Positions 50,647 through 59,723 of a DNA stretch of 61,070 bases are shown piece after piece. The position numbers and the translations under genes are program-made. Source of the stretch: Candidatus Krumholzibacteriales bacterium (GTDB taxonomy: Bacteria > Krumholzibacteriota > Krumholzibacteriia > Krumholzibacteriales > WJIX01); the NCBI GenBank assembly GCA_046483305.1, contig JAWODM010000045.1:1-61070 (forward strand). The letters are read 5' to 3'. The notes below the pieces were generated by a model that was not told the DNA's origin, ran no database searches, and saw nothing but the letters and a program-made list of their open reading frames with translations. Within the stretch, counting starts at the first letter, position 1, and the number at the start of each line of letters is the position of its first letter.

Positions 50647-51957
50647 ATGACTGACCAGAAGGTCTTCAACCGCTGGATCGTGGTAATAGGTGCCATACTG
50701 ATCCAGCTATGCCTGGGCGCCATATACGCCTGGAGCGTTTTCACAAAGAAGATTACAGAGATTGGCGGCGACTACGGGTTCAGCGCCAAGGAAGCCGCCT
50801 GGGTCTTCTCCGCCGGCCTTGCCACCTTCGCGGTGGTAATGGTAATAGCGGGAAGGCTGCAGGCTAAAGTGGGACCCAAACCGATCGCCATGATCGGAGG
50901 CGCGGTACTGGGCCTCGGTTACGTACTCGGGGGTTTCCTGGGAAGCAGTTTCGCCGCCCAGCTTATCTGTATAGGAATAATAGGCGGAGCCGGTATCGGC
51001 CTCGCTTATGTGGTTCCCATCGCCGTCGGGGTCAAGTGGTTCCCCGACAAGAAGGGAATGATTTCAGGGCTGGCCGTTGCCGGTTTCGGTTTCGGCGCCA
51101 CCCTCTGGGTGAAACTGGCCGGGAGCTGGTTCGGCGGGCTGCTCAACACAGTCAGCATCTTCGGCCTGCCCGGAGTTCAGTCTGTTTTCGTGATATACGG
51201 AATAGTCTTTTTCGTGCTGGTATTCATAGGATCCCTGGTCATGGTCAATCCGCCCGAGGGTTACAAACCGGAGGGCTGGGAGCCTCCTGAGCCCTCAGAC
51301 AGTTCCGGGGCTACCGGCACGGTGGACCTTACCAGCGGAGAGATGCTGAGAACCCCTCAGTTCTATTTCCTCTGGCTGATGTTCGTGGGGTCGGGGCTGG
51401 CGGGCCTGATGGTAATATACTGCATCAGGCTGTTCGGAATAGATGCCCTCCAGGCCAGCGGTGCCGCCGCTGACGCCCAGACCGCAGGAGTGATCGCCGG
51501 AACCGCGATGGCCTGGTACGCCATCCTGAACGGACTGGGAAGGATCGCCTGGGGCACTATCTCAGACAAGATCGGCCGCAAGATGGCCCTGTTCCTGATG
51601 TGCCTGTTCCAGGGAATCATCATGATGTTCTTCCTCAAGATGGGTGCCTCGGAGATCGGCCTTATCATAGGCGCCTGTATCATAGGATTCAACTTCGGCG
51701 GGAACTTCGCTCTGTTCCCCGCCGCCACCGCCGACTTCTTCGGAAACAAGAATGTTGGAACCAACTACGGATGGGTATTCCTCGCCTACGGTGTTGCCGG
51801 CATAGCGGGGCCCCAGATTGCCGGGTACTTCAAGGATGCGGCGCAGGGCGGAGACGTGGGCGCCTGGACCACTCCGTTCATAATCGCCGGTTTGTCCTGT
51901 ATCGCGGCAGCGGTGATAGCGCTTCTTCTCAGAGCGCCGAAAGGGCACCGGGCCTGA
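50647..51957 (+). CDS. OFA-family MFS transporter (oxalate/formate antiporter-like)
   Basis: LGAIYAWSVF, KWFPDKKG..SGLAVAGFGFG, NGLGRI.WG.ISDKIGR and FGNKNVGTNYG motifs. Confidence 0.92.
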   Translation: MTDQKVFNRWIVVIGAILIQLCLGAIYAWSVFTKKITEIGGDYGFSAKEAAWVFSAGLATFAVVMVIAGRLQAKVGPKPIAMIGGAVLGLGYVLGGFLGSSFAAQLICIGIIGGAGIGLAYVVPIAVGVKWFPDKKGMISGLAVAGFGFGATLWVKLAGSWFGGLLNTVSIFGLPGVQSVFVIYGIVFFVLVFIGSLVMVNPPEGYKPEGWEPPEPSDSSGATGTVDLTSGEMLRTPQFYFLWLMFVGSGLAGLMVIYCIRLFGIDALQASGAAADAQTAGVIAGTAMAWYAILNGLGRIAWGTISDKIGRKMALFLMCLFQGIIMMFFLKMGASEIGLIIGACIIGFNFGGNFALFPAATADFFGNKNVGTNYGWVFLAYGVAGIAGPQIAGYFKDAAQGGDVGAWTTPFIIAGLSCIAAAVIALLLRAPKGHRA

Positions 51958-51982
51958 TCCGCAGATGTAAGTGACGGACTCA

Positions 51983-52014
51983 AAGGGGGCCGATCCAGGC
52001 CCCCTTTTCTTTTT
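51983..52014 (+). terminator. Intrinsic terminator
   Basis: AAGGGGGCC-gatcca-GGCCCCCTT stem followed by TTCTTTTT, between convergent genes. Confidence 0.85.
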
Positions 52015-52036
52015 CATCCATGTCGCAGCTAATCGT

Positions 52037-53134
52037 TCAGATCTTTAAGAAATACTTCCTCCGGCAGAGAGGGTAAAGGATCAGCCAGAACAGGGCCAGG
52101 TGAACCAGGGCGAACAGGAGCGATCCGAACATATCCCCGGCCAGAGGTACCATAATCCGGCGGTAAACCCAGCTGTAGGCGGTTATCTCCTTTCCTTCGG
52201 AATCCCGGAATCTTATGAGGTACACCGCTGTCTGTACCCAGAGAGATGAAAGAATATAGAGAAGCAGAGGATTTCTCCCGAAGACCTTCAGCGGAAAGAG
52301 ATATCTACCCCTCCTCTTCTCTTCGCTGATCAGGTAAATAACAGCCAGCAGAACGGATGCCATGCCGGAAGTAAGCAGCAGATACGAGCCGGTCCAGAGA
52401 TATTTGTTAACCGGATGAACAGCCGACCAGGCGAGCCCCGCCGCCGCGGAGAGCATGCCGGCCAGAAACAGGCCGCGGAAGACTCTTCTCCCTTCGGCCA
52501 TGAAGCTACCAGCCAGGTAGCCGGTAATAACGGTGACCGCCGCCGGGAGGGTGCTGAGAAGGCCCTCCGGGTCGAACGGAATCCCTTTTCCCATCCAGAG
52601 ATGGCTCTCTCCCAGAACTCTCAAATCAACAGCCCGCACCAGATTGCCCCGGAGGGACAGGTCCCCCCCGGCAGAAAGCAGAATCCAGTAGGCCAGGAGA
52701 ATAACCGCTGAAGTTATAACCAGGCCCCTCCTGCTTAACAGCGTGCACATGGCGGCGGCAATTCCCCAGGCCAGCGCTATCCTCTGAAGGACCCCCATTA
52801 TTCTCAGCTCTGAAAGAGGCTCCCTGAAAGGGAAAGCGTTCAGAACGATTCCGGCGGCGAAGATGACGGCAACTCTCAGGGCGATCTTTCTGATAAGCTC
52901 CGGGGATAAAGTATGATTATACTTCCTCAGGGAGAAGAAGGCGGAGCTGCCGGATATGAACAGGAAGAACGGAAAGACCAGGTCCGCCCCGGAGAGGCCG
53001 TGCCAGCCGGCGTGTCGAAGAGCCGGATATACCTTTGCCCAGCTGCCCGGTGTATTTACCAGGATCATCCCGGCGATGGCGAATCCCCTGAAAAGGTCGA
53101 TCGCCTCTATCCGCTGTGTACCGTTTCCTTTCAT
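52037..53134 (-). CDS. Heparan-alpha-glucosaminide N-acetyltransferase-like membrane protein (NagX-like)
   Basis: IDLFRG, MILVN, ADLVFPFFLF, GVLQRIAL, DPEGLLST and NKYLWT motifs. Confidence 0.9.
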   Translation of the reverse strand: MKGNGTQRIEAIDLFRGFAIAGMILVNTPGSWAKVYPALRHAGWHGLSGADLVFPFFLFISGSSAFFSLRKYNHTLSPELIRKIALRVAVIFAAGIVLNAFPFREPLSELRIMGVLQRIALAWGIAAAMCTLLSRRGLVITSAVILLAYWILLSAGGDLSLRGNLVRAVDLRVLGESHLWMGKGIPFDPEGLLSTLPAAVTVITGYLAGSFMAEGRRVFRGLFLAGMLSAAAGLAWSAVHPVNKYLWTGSYLLLTSGMASVLLAVIYLISEEKRRGRYLFPLKVFGRNPLLLYILSSLWVQTAVYLIRFRDSEGKEITAYSWVYRRIMVPLAGDMFGSLLFALVHLALFWLILYPLCRRKYFLKI

Positions 53135-53315
53135 ACTCCAGCCCCCGGGGCAGTTTGAAAACCTCATAGAGCTCCGGTTAAACGATCATAACCGCCGGCA
53201 GGGATGCTTGAAAACAGTTTTCTGATGCTCCCTATCGAGCATTCTGTTTACAGCGGGAGTGATTTAGGCTTAAAATAGGCGTGAAAGACCTTGATTCGGA
53301 GAGAAGGAGGAAATA

Positions 53316-53744
53316 ATGAAAAAATATATCATCCTGCTTCTGGCTGTCCTTGCGGCCTGCGCCGAAACGGTTGAAGAACCGGCCGAAGCCCGCAGGGAGA
53401 TTACCGAAATACTGGGAAGCCAGAAGGACAGCTGGAACAACGGAGACCTGGAAGGTTACATGGACTATTACCTCGATAGCGAAAACCTGACATTTCATTC
53501 AGGGAGCAGGCTCATCAGAGGCTGGGAAAGCCTCAATTCAATGTACAGAAGAAATTATTCCGGCGAGAAAATGGGAGTGCTGGATTTTTCGGAGGTGAAG
53601 ATTAATATTCTATCTCAGGACGCCTCCTACGTTATCGGCGCCTGGGAGGTGGCCCTGCCGGATACTATAAGGAAAGGCCGCTTTACCCTGATATTAAGGA
53701 AACTGGATGGGGAATGGCGGATAGTACACGACCATTCATCCTGA
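53316..53744 (+). CDS. NTF2-like (DUF4440/SnoaL-like) lipoprotein
   Basis: Lipobox LAAC; WNNGDLEGYM, GRFTL and WRIVHDHSS motifs. Confidence 0.85.
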   Translation: MKKYIILLLAVLAACAETVEEPAEARREITEILGSQKDSWNNGDLEGYMDYYLDSENLTFHSGSRLIRGWESLNSMYRRNYSGEKMGVLDFSEVKINILSQDASYVIGAWEVALPDTIRKGRFTLILRKLDGEWRIVHDHSS

Positions 53745-53760
53745 GATGTCCCGTTACCTC

Positions 53761-55170
53761 TCATGAATCCTGTTTCTTCCGGTAATCCGCGGGTTTGACG
53801 CCGTGCTTGCTGCACAACCTGTAGAGAGCGGGCCTCAGAATCCCGGCCTTCTCTGAGGCCTCCTTCATATCTCCATTCGAATCTTTCAGGATTTTATCCA
53901 GGTAATATTTCACCGCTCTTTTCTTAAACTCATGGTATCCCATTGAGGTAATATCCGGGGGCAGATCTCCCTTACCCTTCCCCGTAATGGCGGCGGCCCG
54001 GGGAATGTCCCCGGGCTTCAGCATTTCAGACTCAGCGTAGGTCACCCCGTTCTTGATCCATTCCTCCAGCTCACGGACATTGCCCGGCCATCCATAGCTC
54101 ATCATCAGCTTCATCAGTCCCGGACCTATCTTCATCATTTCTACTCTGCGCTTTCTGCATTCGGCCTTGAGTATTTCCCGGGCCAGAACCGGAATATCCT
54201 CTTTTCTCCCGGACAGGGGAGGGATATGCAGATGGAATGTCTTGAGGCGGTGGTAGAGGTCGTCCCTGAAATTTCCCTTCCTGACCTCCTCATCCAGGTC
54301 CTTGTTGGTGAGGGCGATGAATCTCACGTTCCGGTAGAATCTTTCCTCCCCGCCGATCCTGCGGAAGGGCCGGTGTTCCACTATATTGAGCAGAAGCTTC
54401 TGTACCTTCGGCTCCAGGTCTCCCACCTCGTCGAGCACCAGGGTGCCCATGTGGGCGAGGTCCAGCAGCCCCTCCATATCGCTGCTGGCCCCGGTGAAGG
54501 AACCCTTTACGTGGCCCCGGAATTCCCTGGAGAAAAGTTCCGGAGTCAGCCCGGGAAGACTCTCCACATAGTAGGGGCCCTGGGACCGGATGCTCCGGCA
54601 ATGGATCCAGAATGCCAGAACTCCCTTGCCCGCTCCCGGAGGGCCGGTAATCAGAATATTTTCGTCCAGGTGCATCAATCTCCTGGCCTTCTCCTTTATC
54701 TTCTTCATGGCCGGGGATTCAAAAACCGGCTCAATTACGTAATTCTCCATCTTGATACTGTCCAGTTTGCGGATCCTGCGGGCCAGGTTGTTTTCGATGG
54801 CATCGGCAATCTTCCTCTCCAGGTCCCTGGCGGAGGTCTTCTTTGAGATAATGTCGTCAGCTCCCGCCTTCCTGGCCTCCTCGATCACGCTTTCCTTCAG
54901 GTGAGCGGATATGAAAATGATTATCAGGTTGTCGTTCCTCTCTCTCCGCAGCTCCTTTATAACATCCAGGCCGTCATACCCGTCATCCAGTTTATAATCC
55001 AGAAGAAGTACGTCCGGAAGGACCTTACGATACATTTCCCTCCCGTCCCGCCAGCCCCGGGCCATGGTGAGTTCGTACCTGTCCGAAAGCGAATCGGCCA
55101 TCCTTTTCCTGAACGGTTCGCTGTCGTCAATTACCAGTACCCTGTGTTTGTGAGTCTGTCCTGAGTTCAA
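53761..55170 (-). CDS. Sigma54-dependent response regulator (REC-AAA+-HTH), atypical motifs
   Basis: VLVIDDS and LLLDY receiver; GPPGAGKG, REFRGHVKGSFTGA, LDEVGDL and WPGNVREL. Confidence 0.9.
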   Translation of the reverse strand: MNSGQTHKHRVLVIDDSEPFRKRMADSLSDRYELTMARGWRDGREMYRKVLPDVLLLDYKLDDGYDGLDVIKELRRERNDNLIIIFISAHLKESVIEEARKAGADDIISKKTSARDLERKIADAIENNLARRIRKLDSIKMENYVIEPVFESPAMKKIKEKARRLMHLDENILITGPPGAGKGVLAFWIHCRSIRSQGPYYVESLPGLTPELFSREFRGHVKGSFTGASSDMEGLLDLAHMGTLVLDEVGDLEPKVQKLLLNIVEHRPFRRIGGEERFYRNVRFIALTNKDLDEEVRKGNFRDDLYHRLKTFHLHIPPLSGRKEDIPVLAREILKAECRKRRVEMMKIGPGLMKLMMSYGWPGNVRELEEWIKNGVTYAESEMLKPGDIPRAAAITGKGKGDLPPDITSMGYHEFKKRAVKYYLDKILKDSNGDMKEASEKAGILRPALYRLCSKHGVKPADYRKKQDS

Positions 55171-55191
55171 CGACGAATCCTTTCTCCCCTC

Positions 55192-58100
55192 CTAAAAGAC
55201 AATTATCTTTATAATAAAATCAGCTCCGGAGGCGCCGGAACCTCTCTCCGGCCTTATGCGGCCTCCCCTCCTCTTGAGTATCCTTCCGGACTGATAGCAC
55301 CCTTCGCCCATTCCACCCGGTTTGTCCGAGCTTACCGGCGAAACGAATATTTCGTCTTCCAATTCCCCGGACAGCCCCGGCCCGGTGTCCCGCCATCTGA
55401 CTACCAGGTAATCGGCTTCGTAGCTGCCGCTTACCCTTATCTTCTTCGCGGCGGAATTACGGAGGGCGTAGATAGAATTATCCAGCAGATTCTTGAAAAT
55501 ATGCCTGAACTCCTCAGGGAGAAGGTGTACCCTGCGGCCTTCCAGATCACCCGGGAAATCTGCTGTCAGCTCAATGTTCTCCTCTCTCAATCTCTCCCGG
55601 TACTCTCCGGTCAGGCTTTCCCATTCCTCCATGAAATCCACCGAGTACTTCATTCTCATCTTCATGCGGTAATCGTCCAGCATCGAATTGAGCCTCTCCA
55701 GAGCGTGCCGGAAAATGGATCTTTCGGCCTGCGAAGCCGAATCTTCCCGGCCCCTGCCGATCAACCTTCCGCTCATATCCCTGATCCTGCCGGCCTGCTC
55801 CCTGATCGACTTCCAGTCCCGGCCGGACGCCGAAATCATCCTCATAACCGATACCATACCGTCAATCGATTTGAAATCATCCCTTACCTGATTCCTGTCC
55901 AGACTGCTGTCGGAGCGTGCCATATCACCGAGGAAAGAGAACTTCTTCTCGGTATGAATGGCCTGGGAGAGATCGTCAAAAAGAATTTCCTCGAGTTTCT
56001 CTCTGCGGGAAGGCGATGTCAGAAATCCTCTTAACATTTCCTCGATATGGTACCAGAATACTATAATAACCGCCGCCGTAAGAATAACAGCAACTCCGGT
56101 CACGGGGCTCCGGTATATCAGGAGGGCCGAGAGCGCCGCGGCCAGAAACGCTGCCGCTACTTTCCCCGGGCTGTGTTTCGCCTTTCCCACCCCATCTCTT
56201 ATCCATATACCGGTTGATACCGCCGCCGAAAAAGCGAGAATGGCGAAAACCCATAATGGGAACCTGAAGAGAAAGTAGATGAAACTGTCCCTGAGATAAT
56301 CGGCCCGGCTGCTGCCGAAGATTTTTCCCGCGAAGGATTTCCCTTCGCAGACTGTAATAAAGCTGCCTCTGCTGACGCTTTTTATATTTTTTTCAACCGG
56401 CCTTTCTCCGGCTCTGGGAGGGAACACCACCTTAAGATCGACGCGGGTGTGGGTTCCCAGGCCGAAATGGGCCACCGGAACAGTCTTGGTTTTCGATCCG
56501 GCACCATTCAGAATCTCCCTGTAACCGAGAAGGTGCTCTCTGTCATCGAGATACCCCTCTTTATATACATAAACCCTGCCCCCTATTCCGAAACGGTTAT
56601 TCCCCGATCCTCTCAGCCGTACCTCAAGAAAATTGTCAGGTTTTCCGATATTCTCCCTGATCAGCAGACGCCCTTCATCAGCGGTCAGCATCACCAGGTC
56701 CAGGTCTCCGTCGAGGTCGAAGTCAACCGCCGTAATTGCGGTGAGAGGATCCTCGCAGAACAGGGATGTGTATTTATCCGATTTGCTGAATCTGTTACCC
56801 CCCTGATTAATGTACAGGCATGAACTCCCGTCCCCGTTGGACAGGTAGATATCAACCCTTCCGTCCAGATTGAAATCCCCGGAGGCGACAACATTGCTCT
56901 TGCCCCGGTACCCGGCTCCGGTACTGTCTGTTATATCGGTAAAGGTCCCGTCCCCCTCATTCCTGAAGAAAGCGCTGGGCGAACTCCGTGTGGAGTTCAT
57001 TATGTAATTGGAGGCGCAGTATATATCAATATCGGCGTCGTTATCGAAGTCAGAGGCGGTAAAGGAATTATAATGGACAGAATCGGAATCGGCCACTGCT
57101 TCCAGGGAAGGAGAAAATACCCCCTCGCCGTTGCCGAAACTGACAAAGGGGCGAAGCCCCGAGTGCAGCGGCTTGTAATTGACAAAAAGATCGGCCAGGC
57201 CGTCCCCGTTGAGGTCGCTGAAGGTACCACCGAAAGACCCTTCGGAGAAAAGGTATGAATTTTCAGTCCAGTCGGTAAAATGAAATCTCCCTTCATTCCT
57301 GAACATCCTCACCCCTCCGAGTATCCTGCGTTTCCTGAATCCATTGTACATGAAAATATCCAGGTCGGTGTCTCCGTCTATATCCGCGACCGCGCTTCCG
57401 CACCCGTGCTCCTTTTCACAGGCCAGTGCCCCCACCTGAACCTCCCTGAACCCACCCCTTATATAATCATTCTTGAAACAGAGATTCCCCTTGAGGTCGT
57501 CGAAGTGGAAAATCAGGTCGGTGTGGCCATCTCCGTCCAGGTCCGCTGGAGTAACCACTCCATCTCCCCGCTGCCGATTGAAATCAATGGTGATGTCCGG
57601 GGCCCTGCGCACTGTCCTGATACCGCTGGCTATTTTAGCTCCATCATGATAATGCGGGTTCAGGAAGATATCTGATCTTTCACGGTAAACCTCCACCCGG
57701 TCGGGGATATCGTTGTGGTCGATGAAACAGTACGAGAAGCCGGTCATAGGGGATGGCATTTCATATTCAACCGTGGAGCTGTCAGAGATATTATTCACCT
57801 CCGGCGGAGGCTCGCCATATCCGATCCAGATATTATCCATCCAGCTCTTCACCCCGATCCCATTGGAAATCTCCAGGTAAAACCCCTCCAGAAGAATATC
57901 GCCCTTCCGGAAAGGCCCGTACCTTCTCCAGATGAAATCGAATACGCTCTCGCAGTGGTAGCACCAGCAGAGGGGAGGATCGTAATAAACAGCCAGCCAG
58001 TCATGCATATGTTTGACATAGTTGACCACCCTGGCATAGTAGTTATTGCCGTTTCTGGTATCCCGGAATACCAGGCACAGCCAGACCCCGTTCATCTCGT

Positions 58101-58476
58101 CTATCCTGGATACGTTCCATGCCCAGGCCACCTGCAGGTCGCTGGTCAGAACAGCGGGGCTGGCGCCGTTTTTCTCCAGATAGTAGTACATCCGGCCGCT
58201 GGTATCCCCTGCCGCCGGGGTAAAAAACAGCACTCTGCTGCTGTGGTTGTATTCGGTGGCGGGGACTATCTCCATCAGCAGAAGTCCCCTGCCGGTCCTG
58301 AAATACTTCTGGCTGGGAGTCCAGTTCCCCAGCTTGCCATCCTCGAAATCGAGGAAGACTATGGCTCCGGAGCGGTCAGGGTTGCCGTTATGAGCTTCCC
58401 CGGTTGCGGAAGCAGAAACTGCCGCTATGAGGAAAAAAAATATGGCCATACCCCTGAACATTTTCAGCATCATCAT
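55192..58476 (-). CDS. Sensor histidine kinase-like protein with extracellular FG-GAP repeats and ASPIC/UnbV domain
   Basis: Signal peptide; six D.D.DG..D-type repeats; LEVRLRG..N..GIG...AHFGLG; three TM helices; N box NLLDNS, G1 DTGPGL, G2 GGMGEG. Confidence 0.8.
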   Translation of the reverse strand: MMMLKMFRGMAIFFFLIAAVSASATGEAHNGNPDRSGAIVFLDFEDGKLGNWTPSQKYFRTGRGLLLMEIVPATEYNHSSRVLFFTPAAGDTSGRMYYYLEKNGASPAVLTSDLQVAWAWNVSRIDEMNGVWLCLVFRDTRNGNNYYARVVNYVKHMHDWLAVYYDPPLCWCYHCESVFDFIWRRYGPFRKGDILLEGFYLEISNGIGVKSWMDNIWIGYGEPPPEVNNISDSSTVEYEMPSPMTGFSYCFIDHNDIPDRVEVYRERSDIFLNPHYHDGAKIASGIRTVRRAPDITIDFNRQRGDGVVTPADLDGDGHTDLIFHFDDLKGNLCFKNDYIRGGFREVQVGALACEKEHGCGSAVADIDGDTDLDIFMYNGFRKRRILGGVRMFRNEGRFHFTDWTENSYLFSEGSFGGTFSDLNGDGLADLFVNYKPLHSGLRPFVSFGNGEGVFSPSLEAVADSDSVHYNSFTASDFDNDADIDIYCASNYIMNSTRSSPSAFFRNEGDGTFTDITDSTGAGYRGKSNVVASGDFNLDGRVDIYLSNGDGSSCLYINQGGNRFSKSDKYTSLFCEDPLTAITAVDFDLDGDLDLVMLTADEGRLLIRENIGKPDNFLEVRLRGSGNNRFGIGGRVYVYKEGYLDDREHLLGYREILNGAGSKTKTVPVAHFGLGTHTRVDLKVVFPPRAGERPVEKNIKSVSRGSFITVCEGKSFAGKIFGSSRADYLRDSFIYFLFRFPLWVFAILAFSAAVSTGIWIRDGVGKAKHSPGKVAAAFLAAALSALLIYRSPVTGVAVILTAAVIIVFWYHIEEMLRGFLTSPSRREKLEEILFDDLSQAIHTEKKFSFLGDMARSDSSLDRNQVRDDFKSIDGMVSVMRMISASGRDWKSIREQAGRIRDMSGRLIGRGREDSASQAERSIFRHALERLNSMLDDYRMKMRMKYSVDFMEEWESLTGEYRERLREENIELTADFPGDLEGRRVHLLPEEFRHIFKNLLDNSIYALRNSAAKKIRVSGSYEADYLVVRWRDTGPGLSGELEDEIFVSPVSSDKPGGMGEGCYQSGRILKRRGGRIRPERGSGASGADFIIKIIVF

Positions 58477-58566
58477 AATTTAATCCTGATTCAACCTGTA
58501 ATTGAGAGAGCTAAAGTTGCTATTTTATTAGATTTTATCACGGCAGAACACAGGGTTCAAGAGTTT

Positions 58567-58584
58567 TGTAACATAACCGTTACA
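58567..58584. promoter_or_regulatory. Palindromic operator-like site TGTAAC-N6-GTTACA
   Basis: Perfect 6-bp arms about 90 bp upstream of the kinase start. Confidence 0.5.
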
Positions 58585-58677
58585 TCAATGCTGAAAACCG
58601 GGAAGTCCTTGCCAGGAAAACCTCACCTGAACCGGGAAACCTCAACAGAGGCCACATCCGACACCAATTCCATCTTC

Positions 58678-58953
58678 ATGAAGAGGGATAATTATTACTC
58701 CATGGAGCTTTCAGAGATAGAAGTAAACGCCCTGACCGGCTCGAGGGGAAGGTTCAGCATATCCCAGGAGTGCCTTCCCTTCGGATACACAGGGATGTGG
58801 GTCGATAATGGCGGAGATACCCTTGGAACATATACCGTCACAAGAAATATTGACATACTGCTTTTTCATGACCAGTTCCAGTACCGACGTTACGCTCAGG
58901 TTTTTATAGATCCGTCCGGAGGGGCAGAACTTGAGCTTAAAATGCCCCGGTAG
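58678..58953 (+). CDS. Hypothetical protein or gene remnant
   Basis: The non-overlapping 3' part of the long + ORF 57715-58953 reads protein-like; start uncertain. Confidence 0.35.
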   Translation: MKRDNYYSMELSEIEVNALTGSRGRFSISQECLPFGYTGMWVDNGGDTLGTYTVTRNIDILLFHDQFQYRRYAQVFIDPSGGAELELKMPR

Positions 58954-59014
58954 CCCAGGTGGCAGAAAATTTACCGCCAACGGCGGGGGTGACAGGAGAC
59001 TTTCAAGTTCAGAT

Positions 59015-59634
59015 TCAATCGATTTCAGGGCCTCGATAGAGGGTAATCATTACCATTCCGCAATGATCACTTCCAGTAATATAATAGCCGACATAATAAC
59101 CTGAATAGATAATAGGAGCATATCCGGTCTGCCCCGCAGCGGCACCGGCGACTCCGCCAAAGACGGCGGGTTCGGATCTTGCCCCGGTGAACGGATTAAT
59201 CATCAGCATTCCCCCGGGCAGGTAATCCACAATGGTCTTGCATGAATCATTTACCGTGGCATTGTCGGCGGCGTAATATCCCCCGTTCTCCCGGGCGAAT
59301 GCTTCGGCGGCATCCATCAATCTGTAGCAGTTGAGGACTACCTGTTCCTCGAGTTCCTGGAGATTGCTGAATTCGACAACCAGGGTGCTGTCCCCGAAAC
59401 CGGAGATTATATAATACTGTTTTGAGGAGTTTGTCTGATAACCGATCTCTCCGGGGCTGGAAGCTGTGGTATCGACGGGCTGGTCCCTCTCACCGGTATA
59501 TGGATTAAGCAGAGGCACGCCTCCGGGTCATCAACCGACTGTTCATTTACAACATTGATAATGTTCTGGTCCTGTTCACATGACAGAAGGCATGTCATTG
59601 CCGCTATTAACGTTATAATAATTACATTCTTCAT
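59015..59634 (-). pseudogene. Repeat-domain lipoprotein gene broken by an internal frameshifting deletion
   Basis: Lipoprotein N-terminus (LLSC...DDPEA) joins out of frame to PGGVPLLNPYTG, which matches the second repeat PGGMLMINPFTG. Confidence 0.75.
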
Positions 59635-59723
59635 CTCTTATCCTTATTCTGCACCTTCCCCGGCACCGGAACCGCTTGCGGATAAATATTGCATATTTTA
59701 TTCCTTATTAATAAATGGCAGGA

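Noticed and set aside
57715..58677. N-terminal part of the 412-aa + ORF
   Set aside because: Mostly antisense to the sensor kinase and its promoter; only the 3' part may be coding.
59500..59535. Programmed ribosomal frameshift or selenocysteine read-through joining the two lipoprotein ORFs
   Set aside because: No slippery run is present, and joining the frames would still leave about 40 residues of the repeat missing. A deletion explains it better.
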